NCBI GenBank assembly: GCA_050950285.1
Contig: JBMNHG010000008.1
Span: 1-64,000, forward strand
Source: Kiritimatiellia bacterium
GTDB lineage: Bacteria; Verrucomicrobiota; Kiritimatiellia; RFP12; JBMNHG01
Reading direction: 5' to 3'
DNA length: 64,000 nucleotides
Notes under the pieces: generated by a model
Database searches by the model: none
What the model was told of the DNA's origin: nothing
Seen by the model: only the letters and a program-made list of their open reading frames with translations
Translations under genes and position numbers: made by a program
Shown here: in pieces, positions 49,272 through 57,910 of the stretch
Layout of the letters: each line of letters begins with the position of its first letter
How positions within the stretch are numbered: position 1 is the first letter of the stretch

Positions 49272-49530
49272 TCCTACATTAGACGAATGTTCAAAACCTG
49301 ACGAAAACCTCACAAAAACCTGTGCATTCCCCCTCCCTTTTCAACACCCTCCCGGAAACCTTTCCGCCCCCTTGTTCAAAACCCGCCTCTTGCCACAGGT
49401 TGTCAACAGCCCGATCAACAAACCTAACTCCCGATGAAAACAAACCCTTGCAACCAAACCCCAAAGTTATCAAAACCCATACGGATAATATTGGATGAAT
49501 AGAGAGAAACAATACAACAAGACTTTTCAA
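49272..49530. other. Probable replication origin (oriC) in dnaA-dnaN intergenic region
   Basis: Cluster of degenerate DnaA boxes (49288, 49338, 49373, 49389, 49400, 49412, 49467) followed by an AT-rich stretch at 49480-49530. Confidence 0.7.
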
Positions 49531-49531
49531 T

Positions 49532-49560
49532 TTGCCCTGGTCATCCCCCCATGGTATCCT
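49532..49560 (+). promoter_or_regulatory. dnaN promoter
   Basis: TTGCCC-N17-TATCCT with TGn extension. Confidence 0.5.
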
Positions 49561-49600
49561 GGCCTTCCCACTACACGACTTTCCAAATGGAGACATTCCG

Positions 49601-50701
49601 ATGTCGATGAAACTGACCCTCCAACGGTCTAAACTGGTAGACGGACTTCAAATCGTCCAGAACGTGGTTGCAGCTCGCAGCACCATCCAGATTCTTTCCA
49701 ACGGCCTCATGAAGGCTGCGGATGGGCGTCTCCAGATCACGGCGACGGATCTGGAAATCACCGTGAGCTGCTCCATGGATGCCAAGGTGGAGGAGGAAGG
49801 ATCGACGACCCTCCCCGTGAAGCTCCTGCTGAGCATCGTTCGCGACCTCCAGTCCCCCGAAATCGAAATCGTGGTGGACAAGGAGGATGTGGCCTACATC
49901 GAGTCGGGCGCCTCTTCGTTCAAGATCAACGGCCTTTCCGAGGCGGACTTCCCGCCGTTGCCGGAATCCAACGGAAAAGGACGCTACACCATCGATCAGA
50001 AAACCTTCAAGGAGATGCTGAGGAAGACCTCCTATGCCGCTTCGCTGGACGAGACCCGGCGAGTCCTGAATGGCGTCCTGCTCTCCTTCAAGGAAGGAAA
50101 GCTGACCATGGTCGCCACCGACGGTCGCCGCCTCGCCCTGGTGGAGCAGGAAATCGATTTCCCCGCCGACGCCGAGGTCGAGATGGTGCTCCCCAGCAAA
50201 GCGGTGAACGAACTTCTCCACATCCTCGCGGACGAAGGGGAACTCGTCATCGTGAACCAGGGGAACCAGGTGATGTTCGAGTTCGGAGAGGTCGTGATGT
50301 ACAGCCGCCTGATCGATGGCGTCTATCCGAACTACCGCCTCGTCATCCCCTCCGGAAGCGAAGAACACGTCTCGATCGAACGCGAACCGCTCCTGTTTGC
50401 CATCCGGAGCGTGTCGCGGATGACCACCGACAAGTCCAATTCCACGCGCTTCACCTTTGCGGACAACCAGGTCAATATCCAGACCGTCAACCAGGATCGC
50501 GGTTCCGCCCGGGTGGTCGTTCCCATCAAGTACAGCGGAAACCAGCTCGACATCACCTTCAACCCCGAATATGTGATGGATCCGCTTCGAAATCTGGAAA
50601 CCGACGAAGTCACGATCGATTTGACCGACAGCCACAGCCCGGCGGTGTTCCGCTGCAACCAGCCCTTCCTCTACGTGCTGATGCCTCTCCGCACGAACTA
50701 G
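49601..50701 (+). CDS. dnaN: DNA polymerase III subunit beta (sliding clamp)
   Basis: ATDLEI, DFPPLP, RRVLNGV, VATDGRRLA, SRLIDGVYPNY, FNPEY, YVLMPLR; GGAG RBS. Confidence 0.97.
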   Translation: MSMKLTLQRSKLVDGLQIVQNVVAARSTIQILSNGLMKAADGRLQITATDLEITVSCSMDAKVEEEGSTTLPVKLLLSIVRDLQSPEIEIVVDKEDVAYIESGASSFKINGLSEADFPPLPESNGKGRYTIDQKTFKEMLRKTSYAASLDETRRVLNGVLLSFKEGKLTMVATDGRRLALVEQEIDFPADAEVEMVLPSKAVNELLHILADEGELVIVNQGNQVMFEFGEVVMYSRLIDGVYPNYRLVIPSGSEEHVSIEREPLLFAIRSVSRMTTDKSNSTRFTFADNQVNIQTVNQDRGSARVVVPIKYSGNQLDITFNPEYVMDPLRNLETDEVTIDLTDSHSPAVFRCNQPFLYVLMPLRTN

Positions 50702-50732
50702 TGCCCAGGGCGGCAGTTCGCGAAAACGAAAG

Positions 50733-50765
50733 GGGGTATCTTGGGCCAATCAAGATACCCCTTTT
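50733..50765 (+). terminator. Intrinsic terminator after dnaN
   Basis: GGGGTATCTTG-7nt-CAAGATACCCC-TTTT. Confidence 0.75.
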
Positions 50766-51070
50766 CCCTTCCAAGCGGCCCGGATCCAATGGCGGCCCTT
50801 CGCGCGTAGTCCACGTATTCGGTTGGTGGCAGGGGTGGAGGCGCACGAGGGACGAGCGTCCGTTCGTCCGCCCGGGGTGGCGGCGGGGCGGGAGCGTGGG
50901 CGTCCCCGCCCGCGCATCCGGATCGAACGAGGCGTTTACAGGGTGGCCAACAACCCGCCGACGTCGTCCGCACCTTGGAGGGTGCCGCTTACGTCCAGGC
51001 CCGAAAATCAGTAGACATGTTATCTTTTCACTTAAACCCTCCTTGCAGGACAAGTGAAAGTCCGGTTAGG

Positions 51071-53087
51071 CCGAAGTTCCAGCGGCTCTTTCATGCCCGA
51101 AACGGCCATATTTTCTTGATTTAGCGGCATTCCGGCACCCCTAAGGCAGCAAAATCCGTTCCATTTGCGCCCATGTAATTGTTAATAACTTTTTTGACGA
51201 AACACCATTTTTACGCTTGCATGAGACTGAAAGGTCTGCTAAATTGAGCCCATGTACATTGACATCGTGCCGAACCGCAAATCCCCGCCCGCAATCCTGC
51301 TGCGCGAGAGCTGCCGCGAGGGCGGGCGCACCGTCAAGCGCACGCTTGCCAACCTGTCGATGCTGCCGCCCGAGGCGGTGGCGGCGCTGCGCGCGGCGCT
51401 CAAGGGCGAGCATCTTGTGGAGGCCGACAGCCTTTTCGAGGTCGAGTCATCCCTGCCATGCGGCCACGTCAGAGCCGTCCGCACGGCAATGAGCCGGCTC
51501 GGCATGCGGGATCTGGTGTCGTCCAAGCCCTGCCCGGAGCGCGACATCGTGCTGGCGATGATAGCCCAGCGCATAATAGAGCCGGGCTCGAAGCTGGAGA
51601 CGGTCTCCCTGTTCGGGGACTCCACGCTCGCGCAGGAGTTCGGCGTGCAGGACGTGGACGAGAACGACCTTTATGCGGCGATGGACTGGCTCGCGGCCCG
51701 CCAGCCCTTCATCGAGCGCAAGCTGGCCGGGCGGCACCTTGCCGAGGGGGCGACAGTCCTGTACGACGTGTCGAGCAGCTCCTACTACGGCAAGCAATGC
51801 CCCCTGGCAAAGCGCGGCTACAACCGCGACGGCCTCAAGCTGCCCGGCATCGTCTACGGGCTTATGACCGATACCGACGGCAGGCCGGTCGCGGTGCGGG
51901 TGTATCCCGGCGACACCGCCGACCCGGTGACGGTGCCGGACCAGATCGACCGGCTGCGCGGGGGCTTCGGCATAGCGCGGTTCGTCTTCGTGGGTGACCG
52001 CGGCATGCTGACGAACACGCAGATCGACCGCCTGCGGCAGCAGGAGGGCTGCGGCTGGATATCCTGCCTGCGAAGCTCGGACATCCGCAGGCTGCTGGAG
52101 ACACGCGATCCCTCCGGTGCGCCGCTGTTCACGCAGGGCAACCTGGCCGAGATCATCCATCCCGACTTCCCCGGCGAGCGGCTGGTGGCCTGCTACAACC
52201 CGGTGCTGGCGATGGACCGCGCCCGCATGCGCGGCGAGCTGCTGGAGTCCACCGAGAAGGATCTCGCCAAGCTGCGCGACCATGTGGGGCGCCGGAGGAG
52301 GAAGCCCCTGACGGCAGCCGAGATCGGCGTCAGGGCGGGACGCGTGATCAACCGCTACAAGGTCGCCAAGCACTTCAGGCTGGACATCGCCGACAACCAC
52401 TTCGGCTGGGAGCGCGACACGGAATCCATCGCCCGCGAGGCCGCCCTGGACGGCATCTACGTCGTGCGCACCAGCGAGACGCCCGAGTCGCTTTCCGCAG
52501 AGGACGCGGTGCGCGCCTACAAGAGCCTGGGCGACGTCGAGCAGGCCTTCAGGACCTTCAAGGGCGTCGATCTGCTCGTCCGCCCGATCTACCACCGCCT
52601 GGAGGACCGCGTGCGCGCGCACGTGCTGCTGTGCATGCTCGCCTATTACGTGGAATGGCACATGCGCCAGGCCCTGGCCCCGCTGCTCTACGCCGACGAG
52701 GAACTGGAAGCCGCCCGCGCCAGCCGCGATCCCGTCGCCAAGGCGCAGCCCTCGGAAAACCTCAAGCGCAAGCGCGCCCGGAAACGCACCACTGACGGAC
52801 TGCGGCTCCGGCGCTGGGACGGGCTGCTTGGCGCGCTATCGACACAGGTGCGCAACACATGCTGTTTCGGAGAAGGCAGAACCGCCGTGCGCTTTACCCG
52901 CGACACGATGCCCAACGCCTTCCAGGCCAAAGCCTTCCGACTGCTCGAGGCGGACCACGCCTGCTGGCGGAACAACAAGGGCGTTTCCATGTAAGCGGAA
53001 CGGGAAAATGGCGCCAGAAAGCGCGTAGAATGCTTGCCTGCAAGGGTTTGCGAATGAGCAGGCTGTTGGAAATCGCTGGAACTTCGG
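51071..53087 (+). mobile_element. IS1634-family insertion sequence, complete (2017 bp)
   Basis: 14-bp terminal IRs CCGAAGTTCCAGCG (51071-51084) / CGCTGGAACTTCGG (53074-53087); 6-bp target duplication GTTAGG at 51065-51070 and 53088-53093. Confidence 0.92.
51252..52994 (+). CDS. IS1634-family DDE transposase
   Basis: LLRESCREGGR..KRTLANLS, LYDVSSSSYYG, FVGDRGM, DGIYVVRTS, VEQAFRTFK, RPIYHRLEDRVRAHV. Confidence 0.93.
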   Translation: MYIDIVPNRKSPPAILLRESCREGGRTVKRTLANLSMLPPEAVAALRAALKGEHLVEADSLFEVESSLPCGHVRAVRTAMSRLGMRDLVSSKPCPERDIVLAMIAQRIIEPGSKLETVSLFGDSTLAQEFGVQDVDENDLYAAMDWLAARQPFIERKLAGRHLAEGATVLYDVSSSSYYGKQCPLAKRGYNRDGLKLPGIVYGLMTDTDGRPVAVRVYPGDTADPVTVPDQIDRLRGGFGIARFVFVGDRGMLTNTQIDRLRQQEGCGWISCLRSSDIRRLLETRDPSGAPLFTQGNLAEIIHPDFPGERLVACYNPVLAMDRARMRGELLESTEKDLAKLRDHVGRRRRKPLTAAEIGVRAGRVINRYKVAKHFRLDIADNHFGWERDTESIAREAALDGIYVVRTSETPESLSAEDAVRAYKSLGDVEQAFRTFKGVDLLVRPIYHRLEDRVRAHVLLCMLAYYVEWHMRQALAPLLYADEELEAARASRDPVAKAQPSENLKRKRARKRTTDGLRLRRWDGLLGALSTQVRNTCCFGEGRTAVRFTRDTMPNAFQAKAFRLLEADHACWRNNKGVSM

Positions 53088-53114
53088 GTTAGGGCGCGAA
53101 GGGCGCGATTACTG

Positions 53115-53143
53115 TTGACGGCGCGCGGATTTTCCACTAATCT
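53115..53143 (+). promoter_or_regulatory. sigma70-type promoter of AAA ATPase
   Basis: TTGACG-N17-TAATCT. Confidence 0.6.
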
Positions 53144-53175
53144 AAGACCGTATTTTGAATTGGTGGGAAATCGGC

Positions 53176-54399
53176 ATGTATGTACGGCGGCATCTGGAAG
53201 AGGCGTTCAAGGAAGCCGGACGGTTTTTTCCGGCTCTTCTGGTGACGGGAGCGCGTCAGGTCGGCAAAACGACTTTTCTGCGCAAGATCGCCGAGGCCGA
53301 ACGCAGGTTTGTCTCGTTGGACGCGCCGGATATGCGTCAATTGGCGAGATCCGATCCGCGTCTTTTCTTGAGCCAGTACCCGCCGCCTGTCATCATCGAC
53401 GAGATCCAGTATGCGCCGGAACTGCTGCCCTACATCAAGGTGGCCATTGACGAGGCCCGGTTCGATAACAAGAAAAAAGCCGGTGGGTTGTTCTGGCTGA
53501 CGGGATCTCAACAGTTCCAGATGATGAAGGGGATTACCGAGTCGCTGGCGGGAAGGATCGGGATTTTCGAGCTTCACGGGCTTTCGAACCGCGAGCTTTC
53601 TAACACGGTGAACCGGCCTTTCCGCCCTGACACTTTCCAGGCTGACAACCCGGGGGAAACCTCGACTGCTGCCTTTTTCGAGCGTGTCTGGATGGGGGCG
53701 TTTCCTGAACTCGCCACGTCTTCCGCTGCCCGCTGGAGTGACTTTTACGGTTCCTACGTGCAGACGTACCTTGCCCGCGACGTGCGCGATCTTACGCAGG
53801 TGGCGGATTTGAACAGGTTCTATGCGTTCATCAAGGCCGTGGCCGCCCGCACCGGACAGATGCTGAATTACGCGAGTTTGGCGCGCGACGCCGATATCAG
53901 CCAGCCGACGGCGAAACAGTACGTAAGCGTTCTCGAGGCATCCGGGCTCGTGTTCCGGCTTTACCCCTATTTGCGGAATCATAGCAGACAGATGATTCGC
54001 ACGCCGAAAATCTATATGTTCGACAGCGGCCTTGCGGCGTACCTGACCGAATGGACGACCCCGGCCGTGATGGCATCGGGGGCGATGGCCGGGCAGTTTT
54101 TCGAGACATGGTGCGTGAGCGAGATTTTGAAGAGCTATGCCAACGCCGGGCTGCAGCCGCATGTCTATTACTACCGCGACAAGGACCAGCGCGAGATCGA
54201 CCTGATCATTGAACAGGACGGAACGCTTTACCCGGTTGAAATCAAGAAAGGCGCCACTTTCAGGCCGGATGACACGAAATCCTTTGGCGCACTCAAGCAG
54301 TTCGACAAACCGGTGGGGATGGGGGCGCTGGTCAGCCTTCATCCCGAACTGTTTCAGATCAGGCAGGACTGCATGGCCATCCCCGCCGTGCAATTGTAG
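53176..54399 (+). CDS. AAA+ ATPase with DUF4143 C-terminal domain
   Basis: TGARQVGKTT, IIDEIQYAP, LTGSQ, ESLAGRI, TYLARDV, PKIYMFDSGL, YYYRD..REIDLI, PVEIK. Confidence 0.9.
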   Translation: MYVRRHLEEAFKEAGRFFPALLVTGARQVGKTTFLRKIAEAERRFVSLDAPDMRQLARSDPRLFLSQYPPPVIIDEIQYAPELLPYIKVAIDEARFDNKKKAGGLFWLTGSQQFQMMKGITESLAGRIGIFELHGLSNRELSNTVNRPFRPDTFQADNPGETSTAAFFERVWMGAFPELATSSAARWSDFYGSYVQTYLARDVRDLTQVADLNRFYAFIKAVAARTGQMLNYASLARDADISQPTAKQYVSVLEASGLVFRLYPYLRNHSRQMIRTPKIYMFDSGLAAYLTEWTTPAVMASGAMAGQFFETWCVSEILKSYANAGLQPHVYYYRDKDQREIDLIIEQDGTLYPVEIKKGATFRPDDTKSFGALKQFDKPVGMGALVSLHPELFQIRQDCMAIPAVQL

Positions 54400-54497
54400 C
54401 GCGAGGATGCAGGCGCGGGGGTTTCTCGCGCAGAGGCACAGGGGGCACAGGGCGTGCAGAGGGGGAGCGCATGGGGGGGGGATGGGGAGGAGGAGGG

Positions 54498-56475
54498 ACG
54501 ATTATTGCGACCACTCAGTGGCTCGCAATTAAGAGTGTAAAAGCCCTGCGCTGCCCTTGCGCCGCGAAATAGTCCCGAAGGGGCGGCCTCGTGCGCCGGT
54601 GCCAGGACAAGCGAATCGCCATATCGCTGGATAGCGCGCCTGATTGCGCTGTGCCATAGCCCCGAAGGGGCGGCCTCACCATAGCCCAGGGCAAGCGCAG
54701 CGCAGCCCTGGGTTTAGGAGCGCATAGGATCGTGGCCTGAAGGGCCACCTCAAAAATGGGCGGACGCGGCTTAAGGTGCCCCTTCAGGGCACGTGGATGT
54801 GGGCTGACATAGCCCCGAAGGGGCGGCCTCACCATAGCCCAGGGCAAGCGCAGCGCAGCCCTGGGTTCAAGAGCGCATAAAATCGTGGCCTGAAGGGCCA
54901 CTTCAAAAATGGCCTGACGCGGCTTGAGGTGCCCCTTCAGGGCACGTGGATGTGGGCTGACAAAGCCCCGAAGGGGCGGCCTCACCATAGCCCAGGGCAA
55001 GCGCAGCGCAGCCCTGGGTTCAGGAGCGCATAAAATCGTGGCCTTAAGGGCCACTTCAAAAATGGGCCGGACGCAGCTTGAAGTGCCCCTTCAGGGCACA
55101 TTTTTGCTGGCTGCGCTACCCAGGGCTGCGCTGCGCTTGCCCTGGGCTATGGTGCATCCGGCCCGTTGGGCCGGCGGCGCGGGGCTGATGCCCCCGCCCC
55201 GTACCATGATGAGCCGGCCCGTTGGGCCGGAGGGGCGGGGCTGACGGCCCCGCGCACAGGGGGCGCATGGGGTGTTTTTGGAATGAACGATTATTGCGAC
55301 CACTCAGTGGCTCGCAATTGAGAGGGTAAAAGCGCTGCGCTGCCCTTTCGCTGCGAAATAGCCCCGAAGGGGCGGCCTCGTGCGCCGGTGCCAGGACAAG
55401 CGAATCGCCATATCGCTGGATAGCGCGCCTGATTGCGCTGTGCCATAGCCCCGAAGGGGCGGCATCACCCTAGCCCAGGGCAAGCATAGCGCAGCCCTGG
55501 GTTCAGTAGCGCATAAAATCGTGGCCTGAAGGGCCACCTCAAACATTGGCCGGACGCAGCTTGAGGTGCCCCTTCAGGGCACGTTGATATGGGCTGACAT
55601 AGCCCCGAAGGGCGGCCTCACCATAGCCCAGGGCAAGCATAGCGCAGCCCTGGGTCCAGATGCGCATTTAATCGTGGCCTGAAGGGCCACTTCAAAAATG
55701 GCCTGACGCGGTTTGAGGTGCCCCTTCAGGGCACGTGGATGTGGGCAACGCTCCCCGGGGCTGCGCTTCGCTTGCCCTGGGCTATGGTGCATCCGGCCCT
55801 TTGGGCCGGAGGGGCGGGGCTGATGCCCCCGCCCCGTACCATGATGAGCCGGCCCTTTGGGCTGGAGGCGCGGGGCTGACGGCCCCGCGCACAGGGGGCG
55901 CATGGGGTGTTTTTTGGAATGAACGATTATTGCGACCACTCAGTGGCTCGCAATTGAGAGGGTAAAAGCGCTGCGCTGCCCTTTCGCTGCGAAATAGCCC
56001 CGAAGGGGCGGCCTCGTGCGCCGGTGCCAGGACAAGCGAATCGCCATATCGCTGGATAGCGCGCCTGATTGCGCTGTGCCATAGCCCCGAAGGGGCGGCC
56101 TCACCATAGCCCAGGGCAAGCGTAGCGCAGCCCTGGGTTTAGGAGCGCATATAATCGTGGCCTGAAGGGCCACCTCAAAAATGGCCGGACGCAGCTTGAG
56201 GTGCCCCTTCAGGGCACGTTGATATGGGCTGACATAGCCCCGAAGGGCGGCCTCACCATAGCCCAGGGCAAGCATAGCGCAGCCCTGGGTCCAGATGCGC
56301 ATTTAATCGTGGCCTGAAGGGCCACTTCAAAAATGGCCTGACGCGGTTTGAGGTGCCCCTTCAGGGCACGTGGATGTGGGCAACGCTCCCCGGGGCTGCG
56401 CTTCGCTTGCCCTGGGCTATGGTGCATCCGGCCCTTTGGGCCGGCCGGCGCGGGGCTGACGCCCCCGCCCCGTAC
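54498..56475. repeat. Hierarchical palindromic repeat array, left block: three higher-order units containing seven ~153-bp hairpin units
   Basis: Unit = GCCCCGAAGGGGC / AGCCCAGGGCAAGC..GCAGCCCTGGG / GTGGCCTGAAGGGCCAC / GTGCCCCTTCAGGGCAC at 54656, 54809, 54962, 55445, 55599, 56081, 56234; higher-order starts at 54498, 55287, 55923. Confidence 0.95.
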
Positions 56476-56669
56476 TGCCCTTTCGCGGCGAGGCACCATT
56501 TTTGTAAAATCACCTTTTTGGGGTTGTCGGATGGCCCTCGATATGGTAATTCTGGCCGTTCGTTTGGCCCGGTTGGGCTTTGGAATTGGAGCCTGCGGCG
56601 GCGATCAGACGGTTTCTCGGACGGATTCCCTCTTGTCGCCCGCAGCTCTGTTTCGTACTATACTGATTC

Positions 56670-56723
56670 ATGCCAAAACTCTTCGAATACTTTGTGCTAA
56701 TCATTGTACGGAGACTTCCATGA
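56670..56723 (+). pseudogene. Internally deleted DUF4160 (putative toxin) remnant
   Basis: 17-codon ORF MPKLFEYFVLIIVRRLP* with ATGA overlap into DUF2442; MPKLxEYFxLI resembles DUF4160 N-termini; TTGTCG-N17-TACTAT promoter just upstream. Confidence 0.6.
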
Positions 56724-57052
56724 GCCTGTCGCCTGGGATTCCCGTGGACATTGTGAGAGCCGAGTACCTCGGCGAGCATCGGTTGCGCCTGACTTTCAGC
56801 GATGGGCATGTCACGACGGTGGATTTCGGCTCGTTTTTGCGTGCCGCATTACACCCCGATGTTGCGAAATATTGTGATGAGAGCCTGTTTCGCGCCTATA
56901 CCTTGGCCTATGGCAATCTGGTCTGGGGTGACCATGAGTTGTGTTTTCCCATCGCGGATCTCTATGCGGGGAAGATCGATCATCGGGACGACGCGGATGG
57001 CGTCCAGGCGGTCGCGGAAACGCATGCGGCCTATGTTGAGGAAGAGAAGTGA
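56720..57052 (+). CDS. DUF2442 domain protein (putative antitoxin)
   Basis: RAEYLGEHRLRLTFSDG..VDF..FL, GNLVWGDHELCFPIADLY; GGAG RBS. Confidence 0.8.
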   Translation: MSLSPGIPVDIVRAEYLGEHRLRLTFSDGHVTTVDFGSFLRAALHPDVAKYCDESLFRAYTLAYGNLVWGDHELCFPIADLYAGKIDHRDDADGVQAVAETHAAYVEEEK

Positions 57053-57285
57053 TTTTGGACGCGGGTTTGAAGTGCCCCTTCAGGGCACGTTGTTGTTGGC
57101 TGACGCTCCCCGGGGCTGCGCTGCGCTTGCCCCGGGCTATGGTGCATCCGGCCCTTTGGGCCGGTGTTCCGCGAGCCGATGCTCTGGGTCGCGAGCGCAT
57201 GGGAGCACGGGTTTTCCAACCCGTGCCACGGACAGGAATGTCCGTGCCCCTGTTCCTTGGACGCATCGCCGGGCGTGCGTTACCC

Positions 57286-57910
57286 AAGCCCCGAAGGGGC
57301 GGCATCACCCTAGCCCAGGGCAAGCGCAGCGCAGCCCTGGGTCCAGATGCGAATTTAATCGTGGCCTGAAGGGCCACCTCAAAAAAATCCAAACCCCAAC
57401 CCAAACCACCACCAACCTCGACCGCCGGATGAACTGACCATGCCGCAATCCTTTTTCGAACTCTACGCGCACGTGGTATTTTCCACGAAAAACCGGGAAC
57501 GCTGGCTGGACGCGGCGATCCGCGACCGCGTGCATGCCTATCTGGCGACCGTGATGCGGAACGAGGGGTGTCCGTACGTGCATGTCGGCGGCGTGGAGGA
57601 TCATGTGCATCTGCTGGCGGGGCTGGGCAAGCAGGTCGTTCTGGTGGATCTGGTGGGCAGGGTGAAGCAGGAGAGTTCCAAGTTCGTGAAGACGCTCGGC
57701 GAGCGCTACGCGGGGTTCTACTGGCAGGCCGGCTACGGCGCGTTCTCGGTCGGGCCGACCCAGCGGGAGGACGTGGTGCGATATCTGGATCGGCAGGCGG
57801 AACATCATAAGCGGCGTTCCTTTCAGGAGGAGCTGCGGGCATTTTTGGACAAGTACGGGGTTTCGTATGACGAGCGCTACATGTGGGATTGAGGTGCCCC
57901 TTCAGGGCAC
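57286..57910 (+). mobile_element. Autonomous Y1-HUH (IS200-like/RAYT-like) element: array unit with transposase inserted between inverted hairpins
   Basis: Left hairpins A-B-C at 57286-57382, tnpA, right hairpin D at 57889-57910 overlapping the stop codon. Confidence 0.75.
57440..57892 (+). CDS. tnpA: IS200/IS605-family Y1 HUH transposase (TnpA / REP-associated-like)
   Basis: HVVFSTKNR, HUH motif DHVHLL, WQAGYGAFSV, catalytic YxxxQ (YLDRQ). Confidence 0.93.
   Translation: MPQSFFELYAHVVFSTKNRERWLDAAIRDRVHAYLATVMRNEGCPYVHVGGVEDHVHLLAGLGKQVVLVDLVGRVKQESSKFVKTLGERYAGFYWQAGYGAFSVGPTQREDVVRYLDRQAEHHKRRSFQEELRAFLDKYGVSYDERYMWD

Noticed and set aside
49476..49530. DnaA-trio element
   Set aside because: AT-rich with some NAN triplets but no clean phased run; cannot be supported by eye
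51065..51071. Integron attC/attI core (GTTAGGC)
   Set aside because: Explained as the IS1634 target duplication plus the first IR base; no RYYYAAC inverse core or integrase seen
54421..54497. G-rich CACAGRG short repeats and G-run after the ATPase
   Set aside because: Too short and degenerate to assign; possibly a decayed array end
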